A DNA stretch of 64,000 nucleotides, taken from positions 384,001 to 448,000 of the forward strand of contig CAWJYV010000008.1 in NCBI GenBank assembly GCA_963847185.1. The letters run 5' to 3'. The position numbers and the translations under genes are program-made. The notes beneath the pieces were generated by a model that saw nothing but the letters and a program-made list of their open reading frames with translations, had not been told where the DNA came from and searched no databases. This DNA is from an uncultured Methanosarcinaceae archaeon (GTDB lineage Archaea > Halobacteriota > Methanosarcinia > Methanosarcinales > Methanosarcinaceae). The stretch's first letter is position 1. Every line of letters begins with the position of its first letter. Positions 33,857 to 43,446 of this stretch are shown here, piece by piece.

Positions 33857-34190
33857 ATTTACTTAATTCTACTTTTTGGGAGGCTCCGCCAGATATACTG
33901 GCGGGGGTACTCTATAATGTGTAAATTAAAAACAGTTCTGAGTCAATAGAAATATTCCTAATCTCGCAGGTTTTCAGCGTATTCCGGAACCTGCTTTATC
34001 CCTTATTTTATCTCTTTGTCTGGCATCAGGGCTGCTACAATCTCTGCACAATCATTGGCGCATCATGCCGTTTGATTCGACTCCGCAGAGTTGTCGAGTT
34101 TTACAAAGTCCGCCTACTTCATCAAGGGAAGGATTTCTTTTTATTCGGTCTCTTCAGCTTTTGCTTTTTCTGATTATTTTCCAGTTAGGT
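33857..34190 (-). pseudogene. Decayed duplicate of the metG 3' end and its downstream hairpin
   Basis: Matches 40814-41470 in blocks: CCGCCAGATAT/AACTGGCGG hairpin, TTTCAGCGTATTC stop region, TATCTCTTTGTCnGGCATCAGGGCTGCTAC, GCATCATGCCGTTTGATTCGACTCCnCAGAGTT, TCTTCAGCTTTTGCTTTTTC; has internal deletions. Confidence 0.88.
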
Positions 34191-34250
34191 ACCGAAAATT
34201 TTAGCTTGTACGTTTAGTGTCTTATGCAATCAAAGCAAAAGCTTTAATTG

Positions 34251-34297
34251 TATTTGAGTACTTATTCATAAGTACATATGAGCAGATGTTCATATAT
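34251..34297. promoter_or_regulatory. ArsR/SmtB (CadC-type) operator pair
   Basis: Inverted repeat ACATATGAGCAGATGTTCATATAT (34274-34297) and a second imperfect copy TTTGAGTACTTATTCATA, just downstream of a TTTAAT box and upstream of the arsR-family gene. Confidence 0.7.
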
Positions 34298-34335
34298 CAA
34301 TATGTTTAAAATTTACTTATATTGGAGAATTAGCT

Positions 34336-34689
34336 GTGGTTGAACTGGATAGGTGTGAGATCAATTGTATACACGATGAGGCGGTAAAAGCAGTACGTGA
34401 GGCTCTATTTAGTGAAGATATAGCTATTTCGCTGGCAGAACTTTTCAAGGCCCTGGGAGACCCGACAAGAGTGAAAATCTTGTTTTCCTTAATGACCAGA
34501 GAACTTTGTGTTTGTGACCTTTCAGCTGTCATAGGTGTTTCTGACTCGGCAGTATCTCACCAGCTTAAAATTCTCAGGACTTTACGTCTTGTCAAGTTCC
34601 GGAGAGAAGGCAAGATCCTGTATTATTCACTGGCTGACGATCATGTTGAGAAACTGTTTGCTCAGGGACTGGAGCATGTTACCGAATAA
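34336..34689 (+). CDS. ArsR/SmtB-family metal-sensing repressor (CadC/SmtB-like)
   Basis: N-terminal CEINCIH, FKALGDPTR, ELCVCDL, SAVSHQL, DDHV...LEH. Confidence 0.92.
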   Translation: MVELDRCEINCIHDEAVKAVREALFSEDIAISLAELFKALGDPTRVKILFSLMTRELCVCDLSAVIGVSDSAVSHQLKILRTLRLVKFRREGKILYYSLADDHVEKLFAQGLEHVTE

Positions 34690-34735
34690 AGCCGAAAAGA
34701 ACGAAGAATAATTTATGGCCGAGGGGGCATAAAGA

Positions 34736-37090
34736 ACGGAACCAACAGTATCATCTAAATTTCTCGTAACAGGCCTGGATTGTGCGGATTGCGCGGCCAA
34801 AGTGGAAAAAGCCGTTAAACGTATCCCTGGAGTTATTAATGCTTCAATCGTTTTCCCCGCTGGAAGACTCGACGTAGATTATGATCCTCAACAAACTGGT
34901 ACTACTCAAGTGATAGACAAAGTTAAAAAATTAGGTTACGAGGCACAGGAAGATAGGGAAAAAATATCAGATGTTTCTCAAACCACTGATTTTTGCATCA
35001 TAGGAATGGATTGTGCGGACTGTGCAGCTAAGCTGGAAAAACGTATTTCCAGAGTCCCTGGAGTCGAGATCGCGCAAGTAAATTTTGGCGCTTCTAAAAT
35101 GACAGTAACTCATAGTGGGCCAGTGGCAGAAATCCTGTCAACAATTGAAAAAATGGGTTACTCAGGGAAAGTGGATGAAGATCTTCGGATAAAGAATGAA
35201 CCAACCAGTTTTTGGAAATCAAATCAGTACGTCAAGCCCACAGTGATTTCTTTAATTATGCTGGTCTCCGGGCTTATTGCTGGGAGGCTGGAAGCACAGG
35301 AATTGATAGTCAATGGATTCTTTCTGACCGGGATTTTCCTAGGTGGTTTTCTACCAGCTAAGAACGGCATTTCCGTGCTAGTTAATGCCCGAGAATTTGA
35401 CATGAATTTCCTGATGACCATAGCAGTACTCGGTGCATCAGTACTCGGCACGTTTGAAGAAGCTGCAACGGTTGTATTTCTTTTCTCTTTCGGAAACGCT
35501 CTTCAGGGCTATACCCTCGATAAAACGAGGAATTCCATTAGGGCTTTAATGGAAATCACACCAAATGAGGCTTTAGTCAGGCGAGGAACGACTGAAATAA
35601 AGTTGCCTGTAAAAGAAATCGTAATCGGAGACATTATTATCGTTCTCCCGGGTGAAAGAATTGCTATGGATGGTGAAGTATCTACTGGTTATTCTACTGT
35701 AAATGAGGCCCCAATCACAGGAGAGTCTATCCCTGTGGAGAAACAAGCTGGGGATGAGATATATGCGGGAACGATCAACGAACGCGGTTCGCTTGAGATC
35801 AAAGTTACCAAACTAGCCAAGGATAATACAATATCCAGAATTATTCATATGGTAGAGGAAGCTCAGGGACAGAGGGCGCCATCTCAGCAATTTGTTGATA
35901 AGTTTGCGAAATATTATACTCCTCTTGTCATAGTTCTGGCTGTTCTGGTTGCTGCGGTGCCCCCATTGATTTTCGGACAACCTTTCGAGAAGTGGTTTTA
36001 CGAGGCAATGGCTATGCTTTTGGTAGCGTGCCCTTGCGCATTGGTAATCTCCACACCTGTATCTATCGTATCCGCAATCGGTAACGCAGCAAAAAACGGT
36101 GTACTCATTAAAGGGGGTGTGTACCTGGAAGAAGCCGGGGCTTTGTCAGTTATTGCCTTTGACAAAACCGGTACTCTTACAGAGGGAAAACCACAGGTAA
36201 CTGATATCATTCCTATTGATGGCATCCCGGATAAGGAATTCTTATCAATAGCATCAGCAATTGAAAGTCGGTCAGAACATCCTCTGGCTGATGCAATTGT
36301 CAAATCCGCTAAAGAACACGGAGCCGAAATATCTATCATATCTGCATTTGAGGCGATTCCTGGCAAAGGGGCCAGAGCAATAGTTCAGGGTAAGACTTAT
36401 CAGATCGGAAATTCGAGGCTCTTTACAGAGCAGGGAATAGATCTGAATCATGTGGGGGATGAAGTTTCACGTCTTCAGAATGAAGGGAAAACTGTAATGA
36501 TACTCGGAGATGACAAACGAATTCTGGGCCTCATTGCTGTGGCTGATATATTGCGGGAAAATTCCGGACAGGCTATCAATAAGCTGAAAAAGGCAGGTAT
36601 TAAAAAAGTCATTATGCTCACTGGAGATAATGAAAGCACAGCTCGTGCTATTGCCACAAAATCAGGAGTCGATGATTTCCGAGCAGACCTATTACCTGAA
36701 GACAAGGTAGATGCAATTAAGAGCCTTCTTGCTGAGCATGGCAAGGTAGCTATGGTGGGAGATGGTGTCAATGATGCACCTGCTATGGCAATATCCACAG
36801 TCGGCATTGCAATGGGAGCTGCAGGCACTGACACCGCACTTGAAACTGCAGATATTGCCTTGATGGCAGACGATCTTACAAAACTGACCGACACAATCCG
36901 ACTGAGCAGGAAAACGCTGGGCATCATCAAACAAAACATTGCTTTTGCGTTGATAATCAAAGGATTAATTCTTCTGCTGGTCATTCCAGGATGGCTAACT
37001 ATGTGGATGGCTGTAATAGGAGATATGGGCAGCTCACTTCTGGTTACTCTGAATGCAATGAGATTATTGAGAGTAAAACACGAGGACTAA
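34736..37090 (+). CDS. cadA: Heavy-metal (Cd/Zn/Co) P1B-type ATPase with two N-terminal HMA domains
   Basis: GLDCADC (upstream of the called GTG at 34802) and GMDCADC; TGES, CPC, DKTGTLT, SEHP, GDGVNDAP; frame open from ACG 34736 behind a GAGGGGG RBS. Confidence 0.9.
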   Translation, partial: TEPTVSSKFLVTGLDCADCAAKVEKAVKRIPGVINASIVFPAGRLDVDYDPQQTGTTQVIDKVKKLGYEAQEDREKISDVSQTTDFCIIGMDCADCAAKLEKRISRVPGVEIAQVNFGASKMTVTHSGPVAEILSTIEKMGYSGKVDEDLRIKNEPTSFWKSNQYVKPTVISLIMLVSGLIAGRLEAQELIVNGFFLTGIFLGGFLPAKNGISVLVNAREFDMNFLMTIAVLGASVLGTFEEAATVVFLFSFGNALQGYTLDKTRNSIRALMEITPNEALVRRGTTEIKLPVKEIVIGDIIIVLPGERIAMDGEVSTGYSTVNEAPITGESIPVEKQAGDEIYAGTINERGSLEIKVTKLAKDNTISRIIHMVEEAQGQRAPSQQFVDKFAKYYTPLVIVLAVLVAAVPPLIFGQPFEKWFYEAMAMLLVACPCALVISTPVSIVSAIGNAAKNGVLIKGGVYLEEAGALSVIAFDKTGTLTEGKPQVTDIIPIDGIPDKEFLSIASAIESRSEHPLADAIVKSAKEHGAEISIISAFEAIPGKGARAIVQGKTYQIGNSRLFTEQGIDLNHVGDEVSRLQNEGKTVMILGDDKRILGLIAVADILRENSGQAINKLKKAGIKKVIMLTGDNESTARAIATKSGVDDFRADLLPEDKVDAIKSLLAEHGKVAMVGDGVNDAPAMAISTVGIAMGAAGTDTALETADIALMADDLTKLTDTIRLSRKTLGIIKQNIAFALIIKGLILLLVIPGWLTMWMAVIGDMGSSLLVTLNAMRLLRVKHED

Positions 37091-37132
37091 ACCTGAATCT
37101 ACGATCTAAAGAATAAAAAAGGAGTAAGAAAG

Positions 37133-37333
37133 ATGGAAACTTTAAAGGTATTAGGTGTGGACTGCAACAACTGTGCAGCGAATGTGCGTAAAGCCCTGGA
37201 GGGCATTAATGGCATCGAAAAGCTTGACATAAGGCTTTCAGATAAAATAGCGGTGGTGACCTTTGATCCTGACAAGGTTGGCAGGCAGGAAATTACTGAA
37301 AATGTGGAAGATTTCGGCTTCGAAGTGGAATAA
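37133..37333 (+). CDS. CopZ-like HMA metallochaperone
   Basis: GVDCNNC motif, 66 aa, GF near C-terminus; AAGGAG RBS. Confidence 0.85.
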   Translation: METLKVLGVDCNNCAANVRKALEGINGIEKLDIRLSDKIAVVTFDPDKVGRQEITENVEDFGFEVE

Positions 37334-37452
37334 ACAGCATATACATTTGTGGTTCTGGTAACTCCATCCCTCAATATTTTTAATTATTTGACAAGTTAAT
37401 TAATTAAATCCCCACCCCTCTTGAGATTTGAGCTTTTTCATTTTTCAATTTG

Positions 37453-39030
37453 TTACTTTTTGACTACTATATATCCCGACATAGTTTTAGCATTGCTGCC
37501 AGCTTTATTAGTTGATGTCAGGGTAACAGTATATTTCCCAACTTTACTGTAAATGTGAGAAGGATTCTTAGATGTTGAATAAGTTCCATCTCCAAAGCTC
37601 CATTTCCATGAAGTTGGACTGTTAGTGCTTCTGTCAGTGAACTGTACTTTCAATGGAGCTTTTCCTGATACAGGAGATGCAGTGAATGCGGCTAAAGGAG
37701 CTTTTACAGGAGCCGCTTTTACAGTTATGTAATTTGTTTTTATTTCTGTGTCCTTGCCTGCTGCATTACTTACGGTCTCTTTCACCGTATAAGTTCCAGG
37801 TTTTGTATAGGTATATGTTGGATTATACTGAGTTACCAGAGCAGATCCATCTCCAAAGCTCCATTTCCATGCGGTTGGTGATCCTGTACTTTTGTCAGTA
37901 AATGTTACTTTCAAAGGGGCATTTCCTGAAGTAGTGGAAGCATAAAAATCAGCAGTCGGGAGGCTTGAACCATAACTAAGGGTGCCCATGTAAATATCAT
38001 AGCTTCCTTTATATCCATCTGCCCAGACTATTCTATTATTGTAGATAGCTGGATTCACCTGATATGGATCACTTGCCTCATAGTCTGGATCATCCCCATG
38101 ATAGTCTTCCCAAGGGGTGATTAAGGTTTCCTCATGAGTGGAAAGATTATACATGAAGATATCCGTGTTGCCTGATGCATCATCACGGTTGTCCTGATAC
38201 ACTATCCTGTCACCGTAAATATCAGGCTCACATGCATATCCGCTGGTGGTTATTTGAATCTCCTTCTGAGTGGATAGGTCGTACATGTAGATATCGTGGC
38301 TATCGTAGTTTCCATTGCGATCATCTTCCCACACTATCTTATTATTGTAGATAGCAGGCCTGTATGCAAATCCGCTGGTAGTTATTTGAGTCTCCTTCTG
38401 AGTGGATAGGTCGTACATGTAGATATTCCCGCCCCAAGGCGAATCTTGCCACACTATCCGGTTACCAAAGATGTCTGGACAGATTGCAGGTCCACTGGTG
38501 ATGATCCGAATCTCCTTCTTAGTGGAAAGATCATACATGTAGAGATTCCAGTTTTCAATATAATTACCATTTTCATCTAGTGTTCCTCCATTGCGTCCAT
38601 CTTCCCACACTATTTTGGTACCATAAATTACAGGAGAACACTGATTTGAATTATTGGTGGTGATCCGAGTTTGCTTTTTAGTGGAGATGTCTTGCATATA
38701 GATATCGCTATTTCCATTGCGCTTATCTTCCCATACCACAGTGTTCCCGTAGATATCAGGATGTGTCTGATCTGATAAATTGGTGGTGCAGGTTTCCTTG
38801 TGAGTTGAAAGATTGTATATGTAGATATCCCAATTTTCATTGCGCTTATCCTGCCACACTATGTTGTTACCGTAGATAACAGGATTATCTGAATCAAACG
38901 GATTGGTGGTGATCCGAGTTTCAGTAATCGCGGGTGAAGCTGCAGATGCCGTAGATGAAACAAGAATCAAAAATAAAATCAGGGCTGTGGATGCTAAAGC
39001 TATTGAATATAATTTCTTCCTATTTCCCAT
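37453..39030 (-). CDS. Cell-surface protein: signal peptide, Methanosarcina beta-propeller repeats, 2 PKD domains
   Basis: Repeated P(A/D)IYG..IVW.D.RNG..DIY.YDLST; WKWSFGDG twice. Confidence 0.9.
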   Translation of the reverse strand: MGNRKKLYSIALASTALILFLILVSSTASAASPAITETRITTNPFDSDNPVIYGNNIVWQDKRNENWDIYIYNLSTHKETCTTNLSDQTHPDIYGNTVVWEDKRNGNSDIYMQDISTKKQTRITTNNSNQCSPVIYGTKIVWEDGRNGGTLDENGNYIENWNLYMYDLSTKKEIRIITSGPAICPDIFGNRIVWQDSPWGGNIYMYDLSTQKETQITTSGFAYRPAIYNNKIVWEDDRNGNYDSHDIYMYDLSTQKEIQITTSGYACEPDIYGDRIVYQDNRDDASGNTDIFMYNLSTHEETLITPWEDYHGDDPDYEASDPYQVNPAIYNNRIVWADGYKGSYDIYMGTLSYGSSLPTADFYASTTSGNAPLKVTFTDKSTGSPTAWKWSFGDGSALVTQYNPTYTYTKPGTYTVKETVSNAAGKDTEIKTNYITVKAAPVKAPLAAFTASPVSGKAPLKVQFTDRSTNSPTSWKWSFGDGTYSTSKNPSHIYSKVGKYTVTLTSTNKAGSNAKTMSGYIVVKK

Positions 39031-39153
39031 TTTATTCCTCCTTCCATATTCTCATCAACAAATTTAATACTTATATTCAGGCTTTATACACAAGCTTAAA
39101 CCTTTTTTTTTACTGTGAAATTTTTAAAAGTTCTCTAAACGTAATCATTATAT

Positions 39154-39283
39154 GAGCTGATCCCAAAACTCTAAATTGCGTCTCAAAATCCTGTATTCCG
39201 AGTAATCAATTGAGTTTTATATCACGAAAAACAATTCTAATTATTTAATTATTTGAGACTAAAATTTATTTTGGGATGAGCTC
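39154..39283. mobile_element. MITE, 130 bp, non-coding
   Basis: Terminal IR GAGCTGATCCCAAAA / TTTTGGGATGAGCTC (14/15), plus inner GTCTCAAA/TTTGAGAC; no clear TSD. Confidence 0.75.
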
Positions 39284-39718
39284 GTTACGAATGTGTCTTT
39301 CTTTGTTGGTTTATTAGTAAGAAAGATAGTTTCCAAAAAAATGTATTAATTTTAAATTTTGGAACGTACTAACTTTGAACTAATTTTTTAATTTTGGTTT
39401 TCAATCACTGCTGCCACATCAAACCAAATTCCAAATGTTACAACTCTTACATTTTTATTTAACTTTTGTGACCAAAGTCTCTAACCATCAGTAGCTTAAT
39501 AATTTTCATAAAGTGATGTGCCGAAAGTTCTGTAAAATTGTTCCTCTCTTAAGGCTCTTTTATTCTGGTTCAAATCCTACAGAATATATAAGTGCTGAAT
39601 CGTTTTTTCATTAAATATACACGATAAAAAGTGCAATTATTACTCTTTCAATTATCTTTTGGAACTGAGTCTTAATAGGTACTTGGTATTTTATCAATAT
39701 TAAAAAGGTGGTTTACTA

Positions 39719-40567
39719 ATGGAACAGCGATACGTTAGGATTGTTGATGGACGATATGAAGCAGATATTGATATTACTGTGGAAGAATGGAAATCAATGC
39801 TTAAAAATCCTAAGATCTTTGGTGAAAAATATTTAGATATGATTTTGAAATGGTATAACGAAATTGACCATCAGGCTACAACACAAGCAGTAATGGAAAA
39901 GTATCCTTCTAATTTGAAAGGGTCTCCATATAATGGATATGTTATTGGTTTGACGAATCGAATTCTAAAATATCTAAATCGATTTGAAGTAATCTATACT
40001 GAAGGGACTCCTGAAGAGGGGAAATCAAAATTCATCGTACCATTTGAAGGGTGGCATGAAAAACACAAAAAAGGGAAGAAAAGTCATTTTATGTGGAAAC
40101 TAAGAGATGAATTAGTTCAGGCATTAGAAGAACTTGATATGGTAGGTGAACAGGTTTTATCATCTGAAGAAGATTTTCTTAAAAAAGAGAGCGAAAATTT
40201 TGAAAAAGCATTACAATTGTCTGATGAAGAATTGCTAGAAAAGATAAAACAAATAGAAGCTAGAAAAGAAAAGAAAAAACCTAAACAAGTAACGTCACAA
40301 AGACAGGATAGGAACGGTTACATCGCAGCATATGCAGTAAGACGAGCGAATGGATTATGCCAACTATGTGGCAATTTAGCTCCTTTTATTAAACCAAGCG
40401 GATATCCGTGTCTAGAAGTTCATCACATTCAATGGTTGTCAAAGGGAGGATTGGACGTTTCTGAAAACACTGTTGCTTTATGTCCAAATTGTCATCGTAA
40501 GATGCATTTTTTGAATTTGAAAGAAAACAGAGATTTTCTGAAGCATTCCGTACAAAAAAATCATTGA
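39719..40567 (+). CDS. HNH endonuclease (McrA-like C-terminal domain)
   Basis: CQLC...LEVHHIQWLSKGG...NTVALCPNCHRKMH; AT-rich codon usage. Confidence 0.88.
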   Translation: MEQRYVRIVDGRYEADIDITVEEWKSMLKNPKIFGEKYLDMILKWYNEIDHQATTQAVMEKYPSNLKGSPYNGYVIGLTNRILKYLNRFEVIYTEGTPEEGKSKFIVPFEGWHEKHKKGKKSHFMWKLRDELVQALEELDMVGEQVLSSEEDFLKKESENFEKALQLSDEELLEKIKQIEARKEKKKPKQVTSQRQDRNGYIAAYAVRRANGLCQLCGNLAPFIKPSGYPCLEVHHIQWLSKGGLDVSENTVALCPNCHRKMHFLNLKENRDFLKHSVQKNH

Positions 40568-40936
40568 CTGAGTGTCAAGTCATCACTCACTTAATTATTC
40601 AGGCCTGCTTAATCTGCATGTTTGTGAACTAATGTTAGTACAGATACTATAGGAATAGTTCGTTTCTATCTGCATGTGTATTATGAAATGCAATAAAAGA
40701 AGAGTAATATATAGAGATACTAAAAAGCAATAGCAAAAGGCTTAATTTAATGCATTGCTATTTTAACTTTTTTCAAGTAGTTAGTACTCCCAATAATTCC
40801 AAAAATAACCAAAATTTACTTACTTCTACTTTTTTGGAAGGCGCCGCCAGATAAACTGGCGGAGGCATCCTATATGCGTAGATTCAAAAAGACTTCTGGA
40901 TAAGAAGTCTTTTTCGTCAAGACGGTTGTAGTTGTT

Positions 40937-43075
40937 TCAGCGTATTCTTGAACCCGGCTTTATCTCTTTGTCCGGCATCAGGGCTGCTACGATATCTGCA
41001 CCGTTGTCGGCTGCAAGCATCATGCCGTTTGATTCGACTCCACAGAGTTTGGCAGGTTTCAGATTTGCAAGGACAATTATGTATTTTCCTACAAGCTCTT
41101 CAGGTGTGTAATACGAAGACATACCTGCAACAAGCTGTCTTGGCTTTTCCTCACCGATATCCACTTCAACCCTAAGGAGTTTTTTGGACTTTTTCACGGG
41201 CTCGGCGTGTAGAACTTTTCCTACTCTGATGTCGAGTTTTGCAAAATCATCGTACTCGATCAGAGGAAGGGTTACCTTTTGTTCTACTTCTTTTTGTCCA
41301 GCTTCTTCAGCTTTTGCTTTTTCCGGTTTTGCGGCTTCTTCTCCAGAGCCCATCCCTTCGGATTTTGAGGGTACTTTATTGTTTCCCTTTGCTGCAGCTT
41401 TCTTTGCATTAGCGGCTTGCACTCTCTGGTTTGCGATCTCTTCCATTTCCCCGATTCTGTCGTCTTCCAGTTTGGTGAAAAGGATCTCGGGTTTTGCTAA
41501 TTTTGTGCCTGGGCTTAGGGGTACAAGAGCTTCATCATACAGGATTGTATGCAGGTCTCCTTCCTGCCCGAGTTCTTTCCAGGCATTTTCCATGGTTTGT
41601 GGGATCACGGGCTCAAAGATGAGACTGAGGGCTTTTGCCAGGTGGAGACAGTTGTAGAGTACTTTTCCACAGGCTTCTTTATCCTGTTTTATGAGGCTCC
41701 AGGGTTCATGGGACTGGAAATAGGTGTTTCCAAAAGAGGCAAGGGCCATTGCAGAATCAACAGCTTTTTTGAACTCGTACTCAGCCATTGCTGCTTTTAC
41801 TTCTTTCAGAGCCTTTTCTATTTCCTTTTTCACTTCGGGTTCAAGTTCTCCTTCAGGAACTTCTCCGTAGTTTTTGAAGGCAAAGAGCATTGTCCTGTAC
41901 AGGAAATTGCCAAGGACAGCTACCAGTTCAGTGTTGATCTTTTCCTGAAGCACACGCCAGGAGAAGTTCAGTTCCTTTGTATGGGAGGTGTAGCTCGCCA
42001 GGTAGTACCTCAGAAGATCCGGATGGAAACCGTGGTCAAGATAATCTTCTCCTACCCAGACTACATAGCCTCTGGTCTTGGAAAACTTTTTGTCTTCGAT
42101 TTTTACCATTCCTGAAGCTACAACAGCAGTCGGGACCGAGTAGTCTGTCCCTTTAAGCATGGCGGGCCAGAAGATGCAATGATGATAAGTTATGTCTCCT
42201 CCTATGAAATGGACAATCTCTCCATCATTTTTCCAGTACTTCTCCCAGGAATCTCCTGCCTGAGCAGCCCATTCTTCGGTAAAAGCAATGTAACCTATGG
42301 GAGCATCAACCCATACATAGACCACAAGGTCATCATGTCCAGGGAATTTTACTCCCCATTCCAGATTTCTTGTAATGCACCAGTCTGTGAGCCCCTGCTT
42401 TACCCATCCCAGAGCGTAATTTCTGGCATTGATAGTTCCCCCAAGGTCATTTGAAAGATAGTCCATCAGGTAATCACTGAACTCGGAAAGCTTGAAAAAG
42501 AAATGTTCCTGCTGGCGGTATTCGGCAGGGCCTCCGCAGATTGTACAGACAGGATTCTGAAGTTCTCCTGGTTCCAGATGTTTTCCGCATCCCTGGTCAC
42601 ATTCGTCTCCTCTTGCTGTTTCTCCACAGTGAGGGCAGGCTCCTTCAACATAACGGTCAGGGAGGAAGCGGTTACAGCTGGGGCAGTAAGCTATCTCTAT
42701 GATTTTTGGATATACGTACCCCTTTTCAATCAGCTTGTTAACAATATCAAGAGTCCTGTTATGATTTTCAGGATCGTCTGTTGTCCCGAAAGCATCAAAG
42801 TAAACACCCAGACTCTTGAAAGTCTCATCAAAATGTTTATGGTAGATCTCTACAAGTTCTTTAGGAGTGATCCCTAGTTCCTCGGCGTTCACGACAATAG
42901 GTGTGCCGTGAGTATCTGAGCCACACACAAAAGTAACTTCCCTCCCTTCTTTCTTCAGGGAGCGGGCAAAAATATCCGCGGGTACGTAGGTGCGGAGATG
43001 CCCTATATGGGCCTTACCGTTCGCATAAGGCAGGCCGCAGGTGATAAGTACGGGTTTAGTGGATGATTCTGGCAT
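40937..43075 (-). CDS. metG: Methionyl-tRNA synthetase with C-terminal tRNA-binding domain
   Basis: LPYANG..HIGH, zinc knuckles, YVWVDA, KFSKT, OB-fold (LDIRVG...ESNGM). Confidence 0.97.
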   Translation of the reverse strand: MPESSTKPVLITCGLPYANGKAHIGHLRTYVPADIFARSLKKEGREVTFVCGSDTHGTPIVVNAEELGITPKELVEIYHKHFDETFKSLGVYFDAFGTTDDPENHNRTLDIVNKLIEKGYVYPKIIEIAYCPSCNRFLPDRYVEGACPHCGETARGDECDQGCGKHLEPGELQNPVCTICGGPAEYRQQEHFFFKLSEFSDYLMDYLSNDLGGTINARNYALGWVKQGLTDWCITRNLEWGVKFPGHDDLVVYVWVDAPIGYIAFTEEWAAQAGDSWEKYWKNDGEIVHFIGGDITYHHCIFWPAMLKGTDYSVPTAVVASGMVKIEDKKFSKTRGYVVWVGEDYLDHGFHPDLLRYYLASYTSHTKELNFSWRVLQEKINTELVAVLGNFLYRTMLFAFKNYGEVPEGELEPEVKKEIEKALKEVKAAMAEYEFKKAVDSAMALASFGNTYFQSHEPWSLIKQDKEACGKVLYNCLHLAKALSLIFEPVIPQTMENAWKELGQEGDLHTILYDEALVPLSPGTKLAKPEILFTKLEDDRIGEMEEIANQRVQAANAKKAAAKGNNKVPSKSEGMGSGEEAAKPEKAKAEEAGQKEVEQKVTLPLIEYDDFAKLDIRVGKVLHAEPVKKSKKLLRVEVDIGEEKPRQLVAGMSSYYTPEELVGKYIIVLANLKPAKLCGVESNGMMLAADNGADIVAALMPDKEIKPGSRIR

Positions 43076-43446
43076 TATTATCCCCATCTATTTTTTGTGA
43101 ATATATGTTCTTTCGATGACTGCAATTTTGAAATATGTTTCGCTTATTGTGTTTTTTACAAGGTAATCTATCTGAGGGATTGTTAATAATCTTATATATA
43201 GAAGGGTAGAATGTAGAGAAATATTTATAATAGCTCCTACATTTCAAACTGTCACGTAGATTTTATTAATCTGCAGGTAATCAACCTGCAAATGTGTGCG
43301 CAGTTATCTGCAAATAACTAATCTGTAGGTTATCTGTCTTGCAGTTACCTGCTCAGTATTAAAATGTCTGGAGTTTTCATTAAAGTTATTAACGGGGCAT
43401 GATCGGAGTTTAAAACGAAAAATCCACATATGCGGTCCTGTAAGAT

